DNA of 32,000 nt from contig NZ_CP042905.2 in NCBI RefSeq assembly GCF_008000775.2, positions 2,940,001-2,972,000 on the forward strand, in the 5' to 3' direction. The translations under genes and the position numbers were made by a program. Every line of letters starts with the position of its first letter. Within the stretch, counting starts at the first letter, position 1. Under the pieces are notes generated by a model. It searched no databases. It was given only the letters and a program-made list of their open reading frames with translations, and was not told the origin of the DNA. The DNA is from Promethearchaeum syntrophicum (lineage in GTDB: Archaea; Asgardarchaeota; Lokiarchaeia; Sigyniarchaeales; Promethearchaeaceae). Below are positions 17,223 through 24,900 of the stretch, one piece after another.

Positions 17223-18887
17223 TTATTCCAAAGGATAAATGTGATTTTTTCTTCCTATCTTTTCGATTCTGATAAGATTGGAAGACATAAGTTTATCTAA
17301 ATGATATTTTATTGTTTTCCTATTAAGATCCATTCTTTTTGCTATTTGATACTGAACAATACCAGGATTATCCCCAACAATCTGAAATATATCCAAAGTG
17401 GTCTTACTTTTAATTAGATTAATGTCAAATTCAGCAAATGGATTTTTTTCAATAAAAGGATAAAATATTAGGAATCTTCCTACACGTTTTTTCGAGATTA
17501 TCTTGTATGTTTCCAAGATATCAAGATGCCAGGCTAAATTACTACTCGAAGTATCTACTGATCGTAATAATTCACTATAATGAATTCCAGGATTTTCGAT
17601 TATAAGATTTAGGATTTGATTCCTAAATTCGTTTTCAAGGACATCTTCCATTGTAAGTCTGTGAACTCCTTTATCTATATCTATGATTCTATTTAATAAA
17701 TAATGTCTATACTCTTGTTTTGTCATTATTAAACCAAAAAGAAGTAGAACGCCTAATAAAATATAAATTAAATATGAAAATGGATTACCAGGTGAAAATG
17801 GAACTGTTGGTAATCGAATAATTCCTTTGACCCCAATCTTAGGATCATGATAAATATGAGCCCCCCTTGGATAATTTAAATAGACTCTTTGCAAATTTTC
17901 TTCTGATATAGATATTGTATTAACAGAAACATTTTTTTCAATATCATCAACTAATGCATATTGACTCCAACTAAAAAATCCAGAAATATCAGCAGGAGAT
18001 GTCTGTATCCATTCTTCATTTTGGCTATATCCATTAGCTTCATCTTCAGTTTCATCATCTTCAGTTTCATCATCTTCATCAAATTCATTTTCAGATTCTA
18101 TATCCATTACTAAAGAAAGTTGTGAAGAGCTATCGGAATATGTGTAATTTGCTATTTCGATATCGATTTTCATTTGAGTGGGTATAAGTAAAATATCGTT
18201 AAGTTCGTAATATTCTTCTACAAAAAAAATATGAAAAATTAAGTTATCATTTGTTGTTGAAATTTGAAAATAATGCATTTTAGAAGTATTTTTTATTGTA
18301 TAATTTGAATATTGAAAATCATTAAATGAATCTAATGAGGTTTCATTGAGAAGTGTATCTTGATTTTCGGTAAAAATCGAATCGTTATTATTATCTATAA
18401 ATTCAATTAGAGTAGAAAAAACTATCTCAAATTCTACTTCAAGTTCACTAGATTCAGTATCTTTCGAATATTCTAAATTAATTTTCAATCCTTCATCTTC
18501 AGTTTGTATTTCAATTGAAATTTTATCTTTTACTTCACCTTGATGTAACGTAGATTCAATATGAGCTTCATTTTCAGAATACTTTACATCTACTTCTCTT
18601 TCATTTAAATCTTCAGTCTCATCATCAATTCCATCTTCATCTTCATCTTCATCAGGTTCATTTTCTGGTTCTTCTTCCTCTCCATCTGCACTTCTTATAT
18701 CTTCTCTATTTTCTTGAGTAATATCTTCAAATTGATCTAATGATAGAATCTCCTTCAAAAAATTTTCTGAATCAAAAATATTTGTTTCTTGATTTTCAAG
18801 ATTTAATATCTGTAAAGAACTCATTAAAAGAAGGGAGAACATTATAAAGACAGAAAGATAAGGAATTTTTTTCATGCTTTTCAACAA
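17223..18887 (-). CDS. Membrane-anchored ectodomain protein with C-terminal tandem winged-helix domains
   Basis: 554-aa ORF: N-terminal signal/TM, acidic Asp/Glu-rich linker, beta-rich ectodomain, TM (YLIYILLGVLLLFGLIM), then wHTH1 (EFRNQILNLIIENPGIHYSELLRSVDTSSSNLAWHLDILETYKIISKKR) and wHTH2 (TTLDIFQIVGDNPGIVQYQIAKRMDLNRKTIKYHLDKLMSSNLIRIEK). Confidence 0.85.
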   Translation of the reverse strand: MLKSMKKIPYLSVFIMFSLLLMSSLQILNLENQETNIFDSENFLKEILSLDQFEDITQENREDIRSADGEEEEPENEPDEDEDEDGIDDETEDLNEREVDVKYSENEAHIESTLHQGEVKDKISIEIQTEDEGLKINLEYSKDTESSELEVEFEIVFSTLIEFIDNNNDSIFTENQDTLLNETSLDSFNDFQYSNYTIKNTSKMHYFQISTTNDNLIFHIFFVEEYYELNDILLIPTQMKIDIEIANYTYSDSSSQLSLVMDIESENEFDEDDETEDDETEDEANGYSQNEEWIQTSPADISGFFSWSQYALVDDIEKNVSVNTISISEENLQRVYLNYPRGAHIYHDPKIGVKGIIRLPTVPFSPGNPFSYLIYILLGVLLLFGLIMTKQEYRHYLLNRIIDIDKGVHRLTMEDVLENEFRNQILNLIIENPGIHYSELLRSVDTSSSNLAWHLDILETYKIISKKRVGRFLIFYPFIEKNPFAEFDINLIKSKTTLDIFQIVGDNPGIVQYQIAKRMDLNRKTIKYHLDKLMSSNLIRIEKIGRKNHIYPLE

Positions 18888-18927
18888 ATTGTTATAAATA
18901 TATAAAAAAAAAAGGATATATATCTTT

Positions 18928-20010
18928 TTAGACTCGATTTTTATTACGTTTTAAACCAATCATCGCAATTATTGCTGCTGAAAAGGCAAATAATGTCCAC
19001 ACAGGAAATCCTGGAATACTATCTAAGATAGATGGTGTAGGTGCTTCAGTTAAAATCCCGACCATTCCAATTTTTGGATCATGATAAATGTGTGTTCCTC
19101 GAGGATAAACTATATACATTTTGTCAGAGTCAGAGTCAATATCATCAGTTTCAATTGGTGTAGTAGAAACATTCATAACAGTTCCATCAATTAAAGCGGT
19201 TTCAGCCCAGGTAAAATCTGCCATAAAACCATTTGTTGAGGTAGTAATTCCACTTTCGTTTTCAACATAACCATTTTCTTCGTCTTCAGTTTCATCATCT
19301 TCTTCTATTTCATAATCTGTTTCCAATTTGGTATAAACTGCTAGTTGTGAAGAGTCATTCAAATATGGAAAATTAGAAATTTCAATATCAATTTTTACCT
19401 CAGTTGGTGTGAGAATAGTAGTGTCGAGATCCATAAATTCTCCCGCTACATAAAGATGTGCTGTGAAATAATAATCAGCAGTGCTTATATTTAAATAGTG
19501 CAGTGTTGAGTTATCAGCTTGTGTTATAGGTTTGTATTCAATTGGATTGAAGGTATCAATTTTATATTCTTGGATTTCAGTATCATTATCTGAATTATAT
19601 ATTCCATTTTCATCCAAATCAATAAATTCTATAACGGATTTGAATACAACTTTAAATTCCAATTCCATTTCGGTAACTTCGGTTTCATTAGTTATTTCTG
19701 ATTCATATTCAAGTTTGATACCAAGATCATCGCCTGCTTCAACTTTGATTTGAAATTCATCTTTAGTGTCTCCATTCTTTAATTGTGATTCGATTTGAAT
19801 TTCATTATCGCTATATTCTATAGAAATTTCGCGTTCATTTTCATCTTCATATTCATCGTCGATACCATCATCGTCATGATCTTCATCCTCTTCATCATTA
19901 TCACTAGAATCAGCAGGTTCATCAGTATCTGTTTCAGCGACTCCAAGAGTTAAACCAACTGAAATAATAAAAGCTCCAATAAGAAGCATTCCCAATAATT
20001 TTTTTTTCAT
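18928..20010 (-). CDS. Secreted/surface-anchored paralog of the ectodomain, with archaeosortase-like C-terminal tail
   Basis: 360-aa ORF: signal peptide, acidic DEEDEDHDDDGIDDEYEDENE, same ectodomain (YPRGTHIYHDPKIGMVGIL) as the 554-aa protein, ending SIPGFPVWTLFAFSAAIIAMIGLKRNKNRV. Confidence 0.82.
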   Translation of the reverse strand: MKKKLLGMLLIGAFIISVGLTLGVAETDTDEPADSSDNDEEDEDHDDDGIDDEYEDENEREISIEYSDNEIQIESQLKNGDTKDEFQIKVEAGDDLGIKLEYESEITNETEVTEMELEFKVVFKSVIEFIDLDENGIYNSDNDTEIQEYKIDTFNPIEYKPITQADNSTLHYLNISTADYYFTAHLYVAGEFMDLDTTILTPTEVKIDIEISNFPYLNDSSQLAVYTKLETDYEIEEDDETEDEENGYVENESGITTSTNGFMADFTWAETALIDGTVMNVSTTPIETDDIDSDSDKMYIVYPRGTHIYHDPKIGMVGILTEAPTPSILDSIPGFPVWTLFAFSAAIIAMIGLKRNKNRV

Positions 20011-20170
20011 GATTATTCAACTTTTTTAGTTGTAATTTATTTATCTCGTGGTCCTTATTTAAACGAATTGGGAGGATTTTCACCCTATTTCTTTTAGAAA
20101 ATCTCTCCGCTAAACATAAAAGTATGCAACTTTTAAAATAAAGGTAAAAATCAAAGATTTTGTTTTTTTT

Positions 20171-20309
20171 ATAACCTTAGAAAAAAAATGCTTATTTTAG
20201 TATGAATTGAATGGTCAAAACAGTATTTATAAATTGCATTCTCTAAGGCTATTAGAGCCTATAGCTATAAAAAAAACCTTTTTTCGTTCTTAAGTGTTTT
20301 CTAAGGCTA
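20171..20309. repeat. Three dispersed copies of a TCTAAGGYTA motif in an intergenic region
   Basis: TTTTCTAAGGTTAT on minus (20171..20184), TCTAAGGCTA on plus (20242..20251 and 20300..20309), plus local palindrome AGGCTATTAGAGCCT (20246..20260). Confidence 0.4.
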
Positions 20310-20401
20310 ATGAATATATTATAAGTATCATCATATGAAACATTTGCATTTATATTGGATGATTTTATTATCAAGTTTCATCAAATATATATTGAATTAA
20401 T

Positions 20402-20842
20402 ATGTTAAAAGAAGGCGATAATGCACCAAAAAATATTGAATTAAATGACCAAGAAGGGAATTTAATTAAATTGGATGATTTTAAGGGAGAAAAACTAGTA
20501 GTATATTTCTATCCCAAAGATAATACACCTGGTTGTACACTTGAAGCAAAGAATTTTAAAGATTCAATCGAAGATTATAACAAAAAAGGAATTAAAATTA
20601 TTGGTATAAGCGCAGATTCTGTAAAATCTCATAAAAATTTTGTTTCAAAATACGAAATTCCGTTTACACTGCTCTCGGACTCTGAAAAAAAAGCAGCAAA
20701 AAGTTTTGGTGCTTTAGAGCAAGGAAAAGTTAAAAGAAGAACATGGTTAATTAATGAAAATTGGCAGATTGAAAAAGCTTTTGAAAAAGTATCCCCAACA
20801 AAGCACATTCAAGAATTAGCTGAATTTTATCAACTGAAATAA
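20402..20842 (+). CDS. bcp: Peroxiredoxin, thioredoxin-dependent thiol peroxidase (Bcp family)
   Basis: 146-aa ORF; LKEGDNAPKNIELNDQEGNLIKLDDFKGEKLVVYFYPKDNTPGCTLEAKNFKD. Confidence 0.95.
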   Translation: MLKEGDNAPKNIELNDQEGNLIKLDDFKGEKLVVYFYPKDNTPGCTLEAKNFKDSIEDYNKKGIKIIGISADSVKSHKNFVSKYEIPFTLLSDSEKKAAKSFGALEQGKVKRRTWLINENWQIEKAFEKVSPTKHIQELAEFYQLK

Positions 20843-20972
20843 TAATATCTCCCATTATTTGTTATTTTTCTCAATTTTTTCAAGTGAACTAAATGTATAA
20901 AAACTCCGATAAAAAAATCTAAAAAACCTTTAATCTGTTCACATAAAAATTCAACATTTCCTTAATTTATAT

Positions 20973-21896
20973 ATGGCTGTAGAGTTAGAAGATGTCCCGC
21001 CGCAGAAAATCCAAAAATCCGTAGGATTAACCAAAACTCCTAGATATAAAAATTTTGTCGCAATATCAAATAGAAAAATTCCCAACTATTGTTCAAAACA
21101 TGATTTACATATAGATCATATTACAGGTGATACTATATGTACTAAATGTGGTCTTGTTATCGATGAGCATCTAGTTATTTCTCAAAATTATGTAAATTGG
21201 AAATCGAATATAGATACATTTTCTACATATCAACAAAAGGATAGATATTTCTCACAGGATTTGATACGCGCTTTAAGAAGAGGACATAATATTTCATGGA
21301 ACGAGAGAAGAGAAAAAATCGGAATAAATGAGATTAATCGAATTACTGCTTTGCATAATATAGGGAAATCAATAAAAGAAAGGGCAATCAAACTTTTCCA
21401 AAAAATAATCAAGGAGGATGTTTTTCAGAATCACTATATTAAGCTTATCGCAGTAATTAGTTTTTACCAAATTATTAAAGAGGAAAAAAATCCATTAAGT
21501 TTGACCGAAATCATTGAAAATTCCGATTTTTCTAACCGTCTTGCAAATAAATATTATTACACTGTTAGGAAATGTCTAAATATTAAAGCGATATCTATAA
21601 AATCAAATGATCCCAAAATTTACATTCCAAACATATGCTCATCCTTAAGAGTAAATCAAGATATTAATGAATTAGCACGCAAAATAATTGATAATTTCCA
21701 AAAATCTGTGAATTTATCAGGTTTTAAATTAAAAGGTATTGCAGCGGCAGGCGTGTATATTGCTTGTAGATTAAATAGTATCCCAAAATCTCAAAAAGAA
21801 GTTTCTAAAGCCGCAAATATCACCGATTGCACATTACGTTCTCGAGTCAAAGATATGGAAATTTATTTGAGAAGAAATAGAAGTATCTGGGAATAG
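20973..21896 (+). CDS. tfb: Transcription initiation factor B (TFIIB/TFB) paralog, divergent
   Basis: 307-aa ORF; zinc ribbon CSKHDLHIDHITGDTICTKCGLVIDEHLVISQNYVNW and two cyclin-like repeats, second containing FKLKGIAAAGVYIACRLNSIPKSQKEVSKAANITDCTLRSRVKDM. Confidence 0.88.
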   Translation: MAVELEDVPPQKIQKSVGLTKTPRYKNFVAISNRKIPNYCSKHDLHIDHITGDTICTKCGLVIDEHLVISQNYVNWKSNIDTFSTYQQKDRYFSQDLIRALRRGHNISWNERREKIGINEINRITALHNIGKSIKERAIKLFQKIIKEDVFQNHYIKLIAVISFYQIIKEEKNPLSLTEIIENSDFSNRLANKYYYTVRKCLNIKAISIKSNDPKIYIPNICSSLRVNQDINELARKIIDNFQKSVNLSGFKLKGIAAAGVYIACRLNSIPKSQKEVSKAANITDCTLRSRVKDMEIYLRRNRSIWE

Positions 21897-21958
21897 TATT
21901 AGAAAAAAAAAGAAATTTAAATTACAAAAAGAGAATTTATCAGTAAGGGATAAAATTC

Positions 21959-24900
21959 ATGGAAAAGAAAGAAAAAAGCGATAAAGCAAATTTCGGTAAA
22001 ATTTTTTTTACTAGATTTATTGATGATAAATGTGATCGCCAATTATTCCTAAAGTTATGTCAAAATAATCCAAATTGGATGGATCCCCTTCGTGATATTG
22101 CTAAATTAAAAAGACCTGTAAGGACAAATGAATATATTTTAAATCTCGGTAAGGCGTATGAACAAAAAGTATATAGTTTTCTAAATAAATCTCTGAATAC
22201 AAAATATATAAAAGATAAATCTACGAAAAAAATTCACCAAACTAAATTAAAATTTCATGACTTAGATGATTGTTACTCTAAAATTCATGAAGGAAAATCT
22301 CCTTATTTGATACTCTTAGAAAATGAATTTCAAACTCCAATCTCATTTAAAAAATCAATTTTTCCTACTAAAAATTCAGAGAATCCAATAGATGTTAAAT
22401 TTTCAGATCAAAGGCCAGATATAATAATTATTAGAAAAAATCTTGATACAATGAATAAAGGTGATATATATGAACTTTTACCCAACGGAGAAAGGCGAAA
22501 ATTACCTAACAATGAAATTAATAATCGTTTATCCATAAATGTAATAGATATTAAAAATACTGCCGAGCAAGATATAGGAAAAAAACATTTTATTGAAATC
22601 ATGCTCTATTTAAGATCTTTTTCTCATTTCATATACGATCATAAATTAGAAAAGAATTTTTTTATTTCGATAAGCAAGAACGGTATATTCCCTAAATATA
22701 CCGAAGACATTTTAAAGAATATAAAAAATTTAGAAAGGTTTGAACAATTTGTTATAGAAATTCCATGGAATGAATCAGATCGGATTTTTACTAGTACTGT
22801 AAATAAATTGCATGATCTTCATGAAATAAGCCCTTGTGCAGTGGAAGATATATCAGTAAACATTCATCCTAATTGCGGTTTTTGTCCCTTTTTAGAAGAT
22901 TGTAAAAAAACTCTGGGGATGAATGATAGGGATAGTCCTAAAAATTGGTCATTACAATTAATACCTTTTAATTCTAGATCAATTTCCCAACAATTGGAAT
23001 CTTATGGTTTTAAAACAATAGGTGATGTAGAAAGAGGGTTAAAAAAAATAAAGGTAGGAAATACTCCAGCTCCATTGTACCCAGAACTTCCACTACTAGA
23101 AATGAAAGTTAAATCATTGATTAATAATGAAATAACTACTCCAATACCTGGAAAAGTACACTCTTACTGCATTCCAAAATTTACCCCTATTTCACTTTCG
23201 TTTGCGATTGAAACAGATCCATCAAGTGATAGGGTATTTGCTGCTGGAATTTATTTAAAGATGATTGTCGCAAAGAAAGCGAAAAATTATCATATCTTTA
23301 AAAAATGGTGGAAAATTTGGAAAAAGGCTTTAGATACTTCAAAATCTCCAGATTTTATTAAAACTCAGTTAGACACCAATTGTTTTTCAATAGACCAACA
23401 AATTCCCTTAGAAATCGTTGATAAATTCTTAAAACTTTTAAAGGATCTAAAAAATTTCAAGATTTTCATCCCTGGTATGCTCGTAAATGGAAAAGAGGTA
23501 ATTCAAACACGGGTCTTGGGTTTTTATGCCATTATCAACGAAAGTTTGGACCCCGATAAAGAAGATGAATTAGCTATAAATTTGGTAAATAATCTCTTCC
23601 CTATGATGGAACTTTGCAATATTGTAGAAAGATATGTTCTCACAAGGGAAATTAAATATTTCAATAAGAAAGACGGTTCAACCAAGGAATATATTTACGA
23701 ATATAAAGCAGATATGGGAATTTTTTATTGGTCAAAAAGTCAAATCGAGCATTTACAAGATATGTTAGAAAGGAATTTAGAAAAAATTATAAGTAGAACA
23801 ACCATCCGGAATAAATTTTCCTCATTAATATCTTGGTTTACACCTTCAGATTCCGAGGTAACACATCCTTATCAACATAAGAAAATTTTTAATTTACGAG
23901 CATTCATAGAAACCGTAATAGGCTTTCCAGGTATTATTAATTATACATGGCACGAAATTGTTAAACATCCTTCAAATGGAGGGCTTAATAGTAATAAACT
24001 GTTTTGGATTGAACATTTCAATTATATGGATCCCACACCATGGTATGATTATCTTGAAGCAAAAGGCGATCATTCTAAACAAAAAAAATTGAAGAATGAA
24101 ATAATCAAACAAGTAATCCATAAAACTCGAGCTTTGAACACACTACGTGAAAATTTTCAATATCGCACACGGCATGCAATTTCAAAACATGCTAGACCTA
24201 TAAAATCAACTGCAATTAAACAAAAAACTTTAGGAGAAAATTATCATAGCCTTGCTCATGTTTGGTATTTATTTTCAGAATTAAATGGAACTATGCAAGA
24301 ATTAGAAGCAAATAATATTCGAACGATATATCCAGAATACAGTATAGGAAAATTGAACGCAGCTAAGATATCTGATTTATATCAAGTTGATAATCCTTTA
24401 GTAAAATATAACATTTTTCAATTTCAAATTATAAATTTATCCAGTAATATGAAAATTAATGAAGGAGATTATGTATTACTAATTCCAGATGAATTAAGAG
24501 ACCTTAGAAAATGGGAACTTGATAGAAAATGGAGAGTAAAAATACATAAAATGATTTGGAATTCAAAAAGTAAAGGTTATTTGATGGAAGTCCATTCTAC
24601 AGAAAATCTTCTAATTTTATATGATAAAACAATTGAAAATAAACCAGAAATTCCTAATTGGTATTTATATCCAACATCAATGGATGCCTGGACCAATAAA
24701 TTATATGGAATACGTGTTGGAGGTCTTCTTGAAAGAAAAAGATTTGGAATAAGTTGGTTAGGTGCAAGATTAGCCTATTTATGGAATATTCGTTCAAAAA
24801 ATAATCTTTTTTGGCCAAAAAATTGGGAATTTTCTTCTAATGAAATATATATGTATTTACCTAAGTTGCTTGAAATAATTAAAGAAATCCCTGGAAAAAA

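Noticed and set aside
19532-19753. Plus-strand 73-aa Ser/Ile-rich ORF inside the ectodomain gene
   Set aside because: Ser/Ile/Thr richness is the antisense reflection of Asp/Glu/Asn-rich coding sequence
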